Below are positions 42,489 through 51,858 of a stretch of DNA of 64,000 nucleotides, piece after piece. The notes below the pieces were generated by a model, which saw only the letters and a list, made by a program, of their open reading frames with translations, had not been told where the DNA came from and did no database searches. Source of the DNA: Tubiluchus corallicola (taxonomy: Eukaryota > Animalia > Priapulida). The position numbers were made by a program, and so were the translations under genes. The stretch lies in the NCBI GenBank assembly GCA_030141605.1, contig JAQGDQ010000040.1:848721-912720 (forward strand), given 5' to 3'. Numbering within the stretch: position 1 is the first letter of the stretch; each line of letters opens with the position of its first letter.

Positions 42489-43561
42489 TATTTCGAGACA
42501 TTGCTTTTAATCTTTACAGGCGAGTTGTTGTTTAAAAACATATTACCTTTGGTAATAACCGCATCACCTTCACTAATCCCATTCGATATAGCAACATATT
42601 TGCTGTTTTCGCTAGTGATCTCAACGAAATTCCAAATGGCCTTATCTTCTGAGTATGTAAATACAATGTTATCGTCACTTCTGCGGACAACCGCTTCTTT
42701 AGGAATGATTAGCTTTTTTTCGCTTCCTGCCAGCACTCCTACCTGAACACGCATTCCATTTACTAACAACCTTTCGGGATTATTAACCTCTGCATAAGCG
42801 GTGAAAAGTCCATCCTCACTGATTTCGGGATTCTTTGCAAAAATAGTTCCGGTAAGAACACTTTTTAATGAATAGGGTGAGATATTTACCGATTGTCCTT
42901 TGCTAATGTGTGAGAAATCATCTTCTATTAGAGTGAATTCGCAGGTCAACTTTTTTGTATCGAGCAGGTTGCATAGCATGTCCCCTTTTGATGTCTGCTG
43001 CCCCTGCAATATTTGAATATTGGCTACCTGCCCGTTAAATGATGTTTTTACCAAGAGGTTCTCTACGTCTTGCTTTGCCTGTCTGTACTCAATTTCAGCA
43101 AGCTCATAGTCAGAACGGGTGATAACTGTTTTTAATGTTTTTTCCGGTACTTTGCTTGTGTCATCAATAGAAAATCCATATCCCAATAACAGGCTTTCAA
43201 GCTCAATTAAGGCTTTATTCAGCCTTACTCTCTTGCTCTCAAAAGCTGCCTCTATCTCTTTATTTTCTAAAACAGCGATAACATCTCCGGCATTTAGGTA
43301 TTGCCCGGGTACAACCAGCAGCTCTTTTAGCATCCCGCTTACAGGTGAGATTAGCTGATAGTTCCTTTTTGCTTTTAATGTTCCGCTTGTGAGGTACTCC
43401 CTGTAAAAAGGAGCTATTTGGGCTTTTGCAGTATCAACCTCAATATACATGGTGACTGGTGTACTGTTGAATTCATGTTTACTACCTGTTTCTGTTTTAC
43501 AGCAAACACAGGAGAGCAGGGCTAAAAGACATACTGTAATGTATGATTTGCACTTTTTCAT
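42488..43561 (-). CDS. RND periplasmic adaptor (MFP), lipoprotein-like
   Basis: SPVSG...V.PGQ....GD lipoyl halves, IPKEAV, GISEGD.VI. Confidence 0.9.
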   Translation of the reverse strand: MKKCKSYITVCLLALLSCVCCKTETGSKHEFNSTPVTMYIEVDTAKAQIAPFYREYLTSGTLKAKRNYQLISPVSGMLKELLVVPGQYLNAGDVIAVLENKEIEAAFESKRVRLNKALIELESLLLGYGFSIDDTSKVPEKTLKTVITRSDYELAEIEYRQAKQDVENLLVKTSFNGQVANIQILQGQQTSKGDMLCNLLDTKKLTCEFTLIEDDFSHISKGQSVNISPYSLKSVLTGTIFAKNPEISEDGLFTAYAEVNNPERLLVNGMRVQVGVLAGSEKKLIIPKEAVVRRSDDNIVFTYSEDKAIWNFVEITSENSKYVAISNGISEGDAVITKGNMFLNNNSPVKIKSNVSK

Positions 43562-43563
43562 AT

Positions 43564-44178
43564 TTAATTGGCAAAAAAATGTTCAATAGACTCGTAATAT
43601 ACATCGTTTAATTTTGAAAGTTCGCTTTCCGGCACATAACAGGCCCTGGCACTTAATATGTCATTTAAAATAAATACAACAGGTTTATTAAAGCTATTGG
43701 TAAAAGGTATCTGCTCTTTTTCAATATGATAGAAAGGTATATTAGTCTGGTATTGATAGTTTATCCTCTCTATACTTTCAGGGTTCTTAGTACTGATAAA
43801 AAAGCATAACTGTTGTTCCCCGTATTTTTGTGCAAAAGCTCTAAACTGGTCAATTTGGGCCTCTACGCATGGAGAGCACATGCTTTCGGTGAAGTAGAGG
43901 CATAGCTTTTCTCCGTAAGTAAATATATCTCTCATCAGAACTGTTTCCAGTCTGGAGTTTGTTAGCACTGTCTCCTTTTCAAACTGCACATACAGGTTGT
44001 CAACACTATTTGTAATTTTTCTTTGTGCCTGCTCTTTTGTCTTTTCCAGTCGTAAAACCTGGTTTTTAAAATCACCGATAACCGACTTGTTTTTTTTTGA
44101 TGCATAAATCATATAGGCATTGGAGCAGATGAGTAAGGAAAATATGGCGGCTATTAAGAGTGTTTTTATCTTTTTCAT
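43564..44178 (-). CDS. Membrane-anchored thioredoxin-like protein (CxxC)
   Basis: N-terminal TM helix, coiled coil, LYFTESMCSPCVE, later KPVVFIL. Confidence 0.7.
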   Translation of the reverse strand: MKKIKTLLIAAIFSLLICSNAYMIYASKKNKSVIGDFKNQVLRLEKTKEQAQRKITNSVDNLYVQFEKETVLTNSRLETVLMRDIFTYGEKLCLYFTESMCSPCVEAQIDQFRAFAQKYGEQQLCFFISTKNPESIERINYQYQTNIPFYHIEKEQIPFTNSFNKPVVFILNDILSARACYVPESELSKLNDVYYESIEHFFAN

Positions 44179-44226
44179 TATCGGAATGGTGTTAATGTAA
44201 ACGGCTACTACATTAAAAAAATAAAG

Positions 44227-45348
44227 TTATTTTAATGAAACATTCAAAACATGCAGTTTCAGGGTATCAAAAGAATCTTCGAGCACCTTTCTGAACAGAA
44301 GGCCTTGTTCTGAGATTGCAAATTTTGGTGACATTTCTCGGGGTACTGTTACCTCTCCGATCTTTTCAAGCTTGTTGTCAAACACTATCAGGTGCTTTTC
44401 TTCTCCAGGTAGTTTGTCTACTCTTTTTTTAGAGTAGAGCATATAGTATAAGTCTCTATACTTATCATAATCTATCTGATGGTATTTATCTCCATTGAAG
44501 AGTGAAAATGCAAGATCTAAATTATGGCCGCTCTTCTTTGATAGTTTTCCTCCCTTTATGACAGGTGGTATGTTTTTCGCTTTAAACCTCTTTTCTGTAG
44601 TCTTTTTGCTCTTTTTGTCATATATATATATTACTGCTTTAAACGGGAAGTTCCATATAATGGAATCTCCCTTTGAAATAATGTTTGGACGCCCCAAGAG
44701 ATCGTAAGATGACTTATATAGCTCTTTTGGAAACTCCACATTTAGTACCTCGCCACGCTTTGTATTAAGGTTATAATTACAAAAGCATGGATCTTTATAA
44801 ATATCACTATATGCATCCTGCTTGTTGTATGTGCTCAGGGGCATATTACCCTTTTCTTTATCAATAAACAGTCTCTGTAAGTTGGTGATAACTGCCCCTC
44901 CACGTCCTCTTAAAGCATATTTATTTTCCAGTTCGGGGCACATATCCTTTAGCTGAAGCTCCTTTATTAATTTTCCTGATGAGTTAAATAATCGCACCAT
45001 TTCTGTACACCGGATAATAACTGTATCACCTTTAAAATCATGGACAGATACGCTTTGTACTTTATTCGGTCCCGACTTATAGAGGTCTATTTTTTTTTCA
45101 AAGTTTCTGGTTTTGAGATTATAGAAGTTCAGGCTGTGTGTTATGTCATTATAGTTGGTGTAAAACTCCTGGTTATCTAGAACTACTAACTGTGGTTCCT
45201 CAGCTAATCCCAGCCCGTTCCGTTTTGTGTCGATATCGATTATTTCCCAGTAGTGAGGTATCTCTGCGCTACTGTTGCCCGGTTTATTATTTTCACAACC
45301 TGTTATTATAGCAGCCAGTATAATAGTGGTGATCAGTATTTTTTTCAT
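44227..45348 (-). CDS. DUF4221-like lipoprotein (predicted beta-propeller)
   Basis: Lipobox ITGC; GPNKV; YDKYRDLYY; VFDNKLEKIGE. Confidence 0.75.
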   Translation of the reverse strand: MKKILITTIILAAIITGCENNKPGNSSAEIPHYWEIIDIDTKRNGLGLAEEPQLVVLDNQEFYTNYNDITHSLNFYNLKTRNFEKKIDLYKSGPNKVQSVSVHDFKGDTVIIRCTEMVRLFNSSGKLIKELQLKDMCPELENKYALRGRGGAVITNLQRLFIDKEKGNMPLSTYNKQDAYSDIYKDPCFCNYNLNTKRGEVLNVEFPKELYKSSYDLLGRPNIISKGDSIIWNFPFKAVIYIYDKKSKKTTEKRFKAKNIPPVIKGGKLSKKSGHNLDLAFSLFNGDKYHQIDYDKYRDLYYMLYSKKRVDKLPGEEKHLIVFDNKLEKIGEVTVPREMSPKFAISEQGLLFRKVLEDSFDTLKLHVLNVSLK

Positions 45349-45415
45349 CCGTTTTTATGTTTTAGTGTAGGTATTAAGTCAATCATGTTAAAAAAATCAG
45401 ATAGCTGATTTTAAC

Positions 45416-45482
45416 GAAAAAAGAGGATTTATAACTTTTCAGCTAAATTAAGCTAATTGAAGTAGCAGATAAATCCTCTTTT
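45416..45482 (-). terminator. Long stem-loop/terminator between the peptide gene and the DUF4221 gene
   Basis: 14-bp perfect arms AAAAGAGGATTTAT (45419-45432) / ATAAATCCTCTTTT (45469-45482); T run on - strand. Confidence 0.65.
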
Positions 45483-45521
45483 CATTTTAAAACTTTAACA
45501 CTGCTAGCATTCAAAACACTG

Positions 45522-45686
45522 TTAATACCAATTATAAATAGTAAGATTAACAGTATCATCTGAGTCACAATTTTGAGCAAAGTCGTCATCATATGCTTCT
45601 CGACCACTTACGCGTATGGTAACTTTGTTTCCATTACATGATGCGTTGGATATGTATGCTGAGAATATAAGTAGAATAATAGCCAT
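45522..45686 (-). CDS. Small secreted peptide with two Cys; not in ORF track
   Basis: MAIILLIFSAYISNA|SCNGNKVTIRVSGREAYDDDFAQNCDSDDTVNLTIYNWY; signal-peptide-like N-terminus; first ORF of the operon. Confidence 0.65.
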   Translation of the reverse strand: MAIILLIFSAYISNASCNGNKVTIRVSGREAYDDDFAQNCDSDDTVNLTIYNWY

Positions 45687-46081
45687 TAAGTTTATTAGTT
45701 TTCATGACTAAGTAGTTTATAGGTTAAAAAAAATAGTTAACGTATAAAGCTACATAGATAATTTAATAAAACAGAAGCAAAAAAGTTAAATAATGATAAC
45801 TAGTTATAGTTTCTTTTATGTACAACAGATAGTTTAGGTGTGTGTTTATATATTTGGATGTGTGGTTATTGGATGTAGTTCGAAATCTTTGTGAAGCCAA
45901 ATAGTTTGGCCCATGATGAAGAAATAATGAAAATTTTCAGTCTGCTTGCAAATTTTCACATGGTTCTCTGTTAAGGCTTGATTTTGAAACCATAAAGTGT
46001 AGTGATACTTCACGGGGCACCCGCTACCTCATTTATTTTTCAGTTTTTGTAGTAAAAATATTTTTGTTACTTTCGCGCTCG

Positions 46082-46474
46082 ATGAATTTGGTTGCCCGAC
46101 ATATCATTTTTCTAATCGGCTTAATCTTTGCAGTAGAAGCCACTGCTACTGTTGTATTAGGGCCAGAAAGCGATTGTTGTTCAAGTGAATATTGTTGTGA
46201 ATTTACTACGGCAAATAAGGATCAGGTCATATTTTCTGAAAATGGAAACCGCGCTGAAAGGTGTTGTGAGCCTGAAGTACCTAAGGGAACATTACCTACA
46301 TCACCATCAACAAATAGCAACTACAAGCAGTTAGGCAGTTGCCACACCCTGTCAAAGATACAATTCAGACAGTGTCATATAGAAAGAGAATCCACAAAAA
46401 TAAGAACAGAATATTTTGACCTGCCCAACCGATTTGCAGGTTGCCAAAGCCGGCTCTGTTCATACCTCCTTTGA
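46082..46474 (+). CDS. Cys-rich exported protein (HYC_CC_PP-like) preceding the TonB receptor
   Basis: Signal peptide, three CC pairs, C-terminal RLCSYLL; ATG 46082 preferred over TTG 46064. Confidence 0.6.
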   Translation: MNLVARHIIFLIGLIFAVEATATVVLGPESDCCSSEYCCEFTTANKDQVIFSENGNRAERCCEPEVPKGTLPTSPSTNSNYKQLGSCHTLSKIQFRQCHIERESTKIRTEYFDLPNRFAGCQSRLCSYLL

Positions 46475-46572
46475 TATACTTATTTTTTTACTGAGCAGTT
46501 TGGCAACTGTTCAGAGGGTATTTGTACGATACAAAAGTGTCGTGTAGCATATTAATTATAAAAAAGTAAGTA

Positions 46573-48765
46573 ATGAAAATAGTATTAAGCATATTGCTTG
46601 TTGGGTTTGCATATAATATTTCAGCACAAACCGGCATATCAGGAAAAGTAACAGATAGCAAAAACAACCCACTGGAAGCCGCAACCATAGGTTGGCAAAG
46701 TACAAATATTGGAACAATAACCGGAGAAAAAGGAGAGTATGCATTACCAAGAAGTATTGAGAGTGATACCCTTTTTGTCAGTTCAATTGGTTATGAAACA
46801 CAGAAAATTTTTGTTGATAAACACAAAAGCAGAGTAGAAATAGTACTTAGCGAGTCGTCTATAAGCCTTGATGATGTAGAAGTCACAGCACGACAGCGAG
46901 CCGAAGTAATCTCGAAAATAAACCCTGTAAAGTCGGAAGTACTATCAACTGCATCATTAGAGCGGCTGCCTTGTTGTCATTTGGCAGCATCGTTTGAAAA
47001 CACCCTTTCGGTTGATAAAACATATACCGATGCCGTGACAGGAACAGAAGAGATAAAAATGCTCGGACTGGCAGGCGTTTATTCTCAAATTCTATCAGAA
47101 GAGGTTCCGGCTGCACGAGGGTTAAGCTCGACATTCGGACTGCACATTCCGGGAGCATTTCTCAATTCAATAGGAATTTCAAAAGGAATAGGTTCAGTAA
47201 TAAGTGGATACGAAGGCATTACAGGTCAGATACAAATGTTTTTGAAACAGCAGGATAATGCCGAAAACTTTTTTGCAAACCTTTACGCCACATCAAACGG
47301 GGGGATAGATATAAACCTCTACAAGGGCTTTGAGATTTCAGATAAGTGGAGTACAATGCTGTTTTTACACGGTTCTTCACATTTTTGGAAATTCGATCGT
47401 AACAATAATGGATTTATCGATGCTCCCACAGGTTTTGGAGGCAATATATCTCAAACATTCAAGTATGAAAATGAAGATCTTTACAGGCATCAGCTTGGAT
47501 ATAAAATCATCTACAAAGACTCCTACGGCGGACAGATGGATTTTGACAAAGATAAAGATAGAGGTACAACCAATTATTATGGAGTAGGCATTGTAAATGA
47601 GCGTTACGAGGGATTTTCAAATCAGATGTTCAGGTTTGAAAATATTGAGAATTTAACAGCCGGAATTAAGATGAATTATGTACATTTCAAACAAAACTCA
47701 TTCTTCGGGCTAACTGAGTACAACGGCACAGAAAATAACTTTAACTTATCGCTCAATATCGAAAAAGGTTGGGAAATGTTGGGGCAAAAACTCAATTTCG
47801 GTGGTAGTTTTATGTATGATGAGTACGATGAAAAACTAAGTTTGTATAACTTTGATAGGAAAGAGGTTGTGCCTGGAGTATTTGCTGAATACACCATAAG
47901 GCCTATTGAACAATTAACATTTATAGCAGGGTTGCGAACCGATTTTCACAATATATTCGGCACATACGCAACACCACGTTTCCATTTGAAATACGATGCA
48001 GCTGAAAACACTGTTTTTCGTCTTCTTGCAGGGAAAGGCTACCGGGTGGCAAATCCTGTAATTGATAATATCGGATTGATGGCATCTTCACGCACCTGGG
48101 AGCTTCCCAAAGATAATAATGCTTTACTGGAAGAGGCTTGGAGTTTTGGCGGAAGCATGTCCCAAACATTTACTGTTGCAGGTAAAGGCTACAATATTGA
48201 GCTGGACTATAACCGTGTGGAGTTTTTACAAAAGATGATAACTGATTTAGACACCGACCCACAAAGTGTTATGTTTTATGATTTAGACGGACGCTCCTTT
48301 GCCGATTATGTTCAGGCACAAATATCGTTTGAGCCTATTAAGCAATTTGAAATAAAACTGGCAGGTAGATATAATAATGTAAAGGAGACCTACGGCGGAG
48401 AGTTACGAGATAAACTTTACAATCCGAAACTAAAAGCTCTTTTTGTCTTGTCGTATGCCACCGACTATTCGAAATGGCAGTTCGACGTAACAAACCAGAT
48501 GATTGGCAAAGCCAGGTTGACATATATCGAAAATGCCGATTATAAGGAATATTCGCCCGCATACTATCAACTTCATTCACAAATAACAAGGCGATTTAAG
48601 TATTTTGACATATATGTTGCAGGCGAAAACCTGACCAACTATACACAAAAAGATCCGATAATTTCAGCAGACAATCCCTTTTCAGAAGAGTTTGATGCAA
48701 CGCGAATTTGGGCACCTGTTGTAGGAGTAAAAGTATCGGCAGGAATACGTTTAAAGATCAATTAA
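46573..48765 (+). CDS. TonB-dependent receptor, heavy-metal-associated type
   Basis: Carboxypeptidase-regulatory-like N domain; plug PCCHLAASFEN, DAVTG...I.MLGLAG.Y; GENLTNYTQ. Confidence 0.9.
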   Translation: MKIVLSILLVGFAYNISAQTGISGKVTDSKNNPLEAATIGWQSTNIGTITGEKGEYALPRSIESDTLFVSSIGYETQKIFVDKHKSRVEIVLSESSISLDDVEVTARQRAEVISKINPVKSEVLSTASLERLPCCHLAASFENTLSVDKTYTDAVTGTEEIKMLGLAGVYSQILSEEVPAARGLSSTFGLHIPGAFLNSIGISKGIGSVISGYEGITGQIQMFLKQQDNAENFFANLYATSNGGIDINLYKGFEISDKWSTMLFLHGSSHFWKFDRNNNGFIDAPTGFGGNISQTFKYENEDLYRHQLGYKIIYKDSYGGQMDFDKDKDRGTTNYYGVGIVNERYEGFSNQMFRFENIENLTAGIKMNYVHFKQNSFFGLTEYNGTENNFNLSLNIEKGWEMLGQKLNFGGSFMYDEYDEKLSLYNFDRKEVVPGVFAEYTIRPIEQLTFIAGLRTDFHNIFGTYATPRFHLKYDAAENTVFRLLAGKGYRVANPVIDNIGLMASSRTWELPKDNNALLEEAWSFGGSMSQTFTVAGKGYNIELDYNRVEFLQKMITDLDTDPQSVMFYDLDGRSFADYVQAQISFEPIKQFEIKLAGRYNNVKETYGGELRDKLYNPKLKALFVLSYATDYSKWQFDVTNQMIGKARLTYIENADYKEYSPAYYQLHSQITRRFKYFDIYVAGENLTNYTQKDPIISADNPFSEEFDATRIWAPVVGVKVSAGIRLKIN

Positions 48766-48792
48766 ATTCAAGTATAATTTAAAACCTTAAAG

Positions 48793-49140
48793 ATGAGAAA
48801 TACAATGAAAGTTATTGCCATACTTATTGGCATAGTAGTCGGACAAAGTGTTTTTGCTCAAAGCAAAGTAGAAGTAGTAGAGATAAAAACGTCTGCAATA
48901 AACGAGAAGTCTAAAGAGATAGTTAAAGAGGCGCTTGCTTTTGAGAAAGGAGTAAAAAAAGCTATGTTTAAGGAAGAGTCATCGGTGCTTGTTTGTGAGT
49001 ACATTGCCAAACGTACAACTCCCGAAAAAATCAGAAAATCGATTTCAAAAGCAGGATTTGATGCAGACAATGTAAAGGCAGATCCCAAAGCAGTAAAACG
49101 ATTGCCCGCAGAGTGTAAGAGTTCGTGCTGCCCGAAGTAG
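48793..49140 (+). CDS. Exported heavy-metal-associated (HMA-like) domain protein lacking CxxC
   Basis: Signal peptide; IKTSA...LAFEKGVK...KTTPEKIRKSISKAGFDAD...LPAEC. Confidence 0.75.
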   Translation: MRNTMKVIAILIGIVVGQSVFAQSKVEVVEIKTSAINEKSKEIVKEALAFEKGVKKAMFKEESSVLVCEYIAKRTTPEKIRKSISKAGFDADNVKADPKAVKRLPAECKSSCCPK

Positions 49141-49147
49141 AAACCAG

Positions 49148-49182
49148 AACCCTCTGCCTAATTATCAGGGTGGAGGGCTTTT
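49148..49182 (+). terminator. Intrinsic terminator
   Basis: CCCTCTGCC...GGTGGAGGG followed by CTTTT. Confidence 0.6.
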
Positions 49183-49280
49183 ATATATTAGGGTTTTGTC
49201 AAAAGTGAATGATTAATTAGTCGCCTTTTAAGAATTAATCTGTAAACTTTTTTAGGGCAGGTCATTAAGGGTAGTCTTTT

Positions 49281-49486
49281 TTTTGCTGTTTTTCTGTTAA
49301 GAGTTTCAAGGATAATCTTTTATGTTTCGCAGAGCTTGTGAGGTTCATCTGGTTTTGTTTTGGCGATTTTCCTATCATAATCTGCAAGGTTTTGCACGGA
49401 AGTTATAATAGTCCTTGCAATTTAGGACACTATAATTTGTCAAGTTTTCAGCTTTATGTCATTGGTGTTAAGTAGATTAAGCTTAA
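49281..49486 (+). repeat. ~205-bp direct repeat, copy B
   Basis: See copy A at 35904-36108. Confidence 0.85.
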
Positions 49487-49633
49487 CTGGGAAGTGGTTA
49501 TATAAAGTACGCACTTGTATAGCAGATAGATCCCTATCTCACCTTACCTAATGGCATCAGGATTTCCCCACTTCAAAAAACAAAATAAACTTATAGCGTA
49601 GCATCAAACATTCTCGTTACACAAGGGGAGGGG

Positions 49634-51745
49634 CTATTTCTTTTTTTCTTTTGGGTACTCAACTCTCACGTGATAGATGCTAAAAAGTTTATTAAGGAAT
49701 ATGTTTTTCAGGTTTGATATATCTTGAAAGGTGATAGGCGCATGTGCAAGTTGACCGTCTTTTATTTTTGATTCAAAGATGTTGTCTATAAGAGTTTTCA
49801 GTGATTCTTTGTTTTTTTCTTTTAGGCTTCGCGAAGCGGCTTCTACGCTGTCGGCAAGCATCATAACGGCGGTTTCTTTGGTTGTGGGGATTGGCCCTGG
49901 ATATGTAAAAACTTCTTCCGGGATTTTTTCACCAGAATTCTTTTTTTGCGACATAAGATAGAAGTATCCGGTTTTTGTTGTGCCGTGGTGTGTTCGGATA
50001 AAGTCAATTATTTGCTCTGGAATTTTATTTTTTTGAGCCAGTTTTACTCCTTCATTGACATGGCCGGTAATTATTCTTGCGCTTTCTTCGAAAGGCAATC
50101 CGTCGTGAGGGTTCATGTCTCCGGATTGGTTTTCAGTGAAGAAGTGTGGCGTTTTGGTTTTTCCAATATCGTGATACATAGCTCCGGCACGCACTAATAG
50201 GGAGTTTCCTCCAAGTTTGGTTATGGCATCTTCGGCAATGTTGGCTACCTGGATAGAGTGCTGGAATGTTCCGGGTGCAGATTCGGCCAGTTTACGGAGC
50301 AGCTTCTGGTTTGAGTATGAAAGTTCAATAAGTGTTACATCAGATACGAATCCGAATGATTTTTCAAAGATGTAGACTAATAGGTATGTTATAAGAGTAA
50401 GTACTGAGTTGCCGAGGAACCAGCTCATGTGTATCCACTCTATGTTTTTAAAGCTGCCTTCCTGTATTAGTGATAGGCTTATGTATGTAGTGGAGTATGT
50501 TAGAAAGATTAATAGCGAAGTGATGGCCAGTTGCCCACGTCTTTGCATGCTTGCGTGGCTTATCACAGCTATGCTTCCTGCAAAGAACTGTAGTAGGGCA
50601 AATTCATATCCATTTGGCACCATAAAACCCACTATAAGGGCGGTAACGGTGTTTGTAAATATTGCAAGTCTGGTGTCAAAGAATGTACGCATTAGAAGTG
50701 CCAGCATGCTAAATGGCACCAGGTGTACGTGCAGCGTATTTGTGTTGTGTATAATACGGCAAAGAAAGATCATAGCTACCATTGTGAAGGTAATAAAGGT
50801 GATATTTCTTTTTGATCGTACTATGTCTCTTCTTGTGTTAAACAGAAATAGAAAGAATACTATAAGTAGTATGAAAGTAAAGAGTGCTTTTCCAATTGCT
50901 ACTATATAATAGTTTCCGGAATTACCGTATCCTTTTTCAAATGTAGCGCGTAGCGATTCAAGTAGTTGATTGGTTTTTGGGGATACCAAGTCCCCTTTTG
51001 AAACAATGCGCTCTCCTTCCTGTATCATTCCCCTGGTGTATGATATTTTCTCAAGTTGGGAGGCTATTTCCCGCTCAGTTGTTTCTTTATCGTAGAAGAG
51101 GTTGGCCTTTAGAATATTTTCTGAGTTTAGCCTGCTTAGTACGCTTTCCCACCCGGGGTTATCATTCACAATATTCTGCATCTGTTTGGATATGTGTGTG
51201 TATGCAGATTTTAAGGAGTATATGTCATCTGTTTTAATGTATTGGCCTATGTTGTCTTTTAGTACAACCAGTATGTCTCTATTTGCAAGTTCCGGGTATC
51301 CTGAAACGCTTTGCTCCAGTACTCCTTTGTTAAATATTTCTGAGAAGGTAGGGATTATCTCTTTTTCTATTTCTGTCGCCTTGTTTTGTGTTATTAAGTA
51401 TTTCCCTTTTTCTCCGAATTCCTCTCTTACTGCATTGTGAATATTTTTCTTTAATTTTAGTAACTGGCTGTGCCCTATTGAGTCGTTAAGTTCAAAGTAT
51501 GGGGGAATGGATTTTAAGATGGAGTCTTCTTCATTTTTAATTTCATTGTCTGTTCTGAGGATGGCAAAGTCGAATGGGGCGATCAGTGTTTCATGCATCC
51601 ACGGGCGCCCTTTTTGAAATTCGTATCCAAACCGAAATGCATCAGGTATGGCAAGGTATATTAGAAATGAGGCTACAATAAATAGTAGTATAAGGTAGGC
51701 GTTGTGCCATATGTTTTTTTTTCTTTTGATATTGTCAGTACTCAT
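49634..51745 (-). CDS. 7TM-HD family phosphohydrolase (PgpH-like)
   Basis: 7TM-HD extracellular region, 7 TM helices, APGTFQHS, YHDIGK, HHGT, LADSVEAASRS. Confidence 0.9.
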   Translation of the reverse strand: MSTDNIKRKKNIWHNAYLILLFIVASFLIYLAIPDAFRFGYEFQKGRPWMHETLIAPFDFAILRTDNEIKNEEDSILKSIPPYFELNDSIGHSQLLKLKKNIHNAVREEFGEKGKYLITQNKATEIEKEIIPTFSEIFNKGVLEQSVSGYPELANRDILVVLKDNIGQYIKTDDIYSLKSAYTHISKQMQNIVNDNPGWESVLSRLNSENILKANLFYDKETTEREIASQLEKISYTRGMIQEGERIVSKGDLVSPKTNQLLESLRATFEKGYGNSGNYYIVAIGKALFTFILLIVFFLFLFNTRRDIVRSKRNITFITFTMVAMIFLCRIIHNTNTLHVHLVPFSMLALLMRTFFDTRLAIFTNTVTALIVGFMVPNGYEFALLQFFAGSIAVISHASMQRRGQLAITSLLIFLTYSTTYISLSLIQEGSFKNIEWIHMSWFLGNSVLTLITYLLVYIFEKSFGFVSDVTLIELSYSNQKLLRKLAESAPGTFQHSIQVANIAEDAITKLGGNSLLVRAGAMYHDIGKTKTPHFFTENQSGDMNPHDGLPFEESARIITGHVNEGVKLAQKNKIPEQIIDFIRTHHGTTKTGYFYLMSQKKNSGEKIPEEVFTYPGPIPTTKETAVMMLADSVEAASRSLKEKNKESLKTLIDNIFESKIKDGQLAHAPITFQDISNLKNIFLNKLFSIYHVRVEYPKEKKK

Positions 51746-51858
51746 AATTTTTTAGCTTCTGGTATTATGGTTTTATGAAAAAGACAAGATAAAAATTTAT
51801 ATATTTGATTCCTTGTGCATCTATCTAGGCCTTTAGCCCAAAAGTAATAATTATTTTG

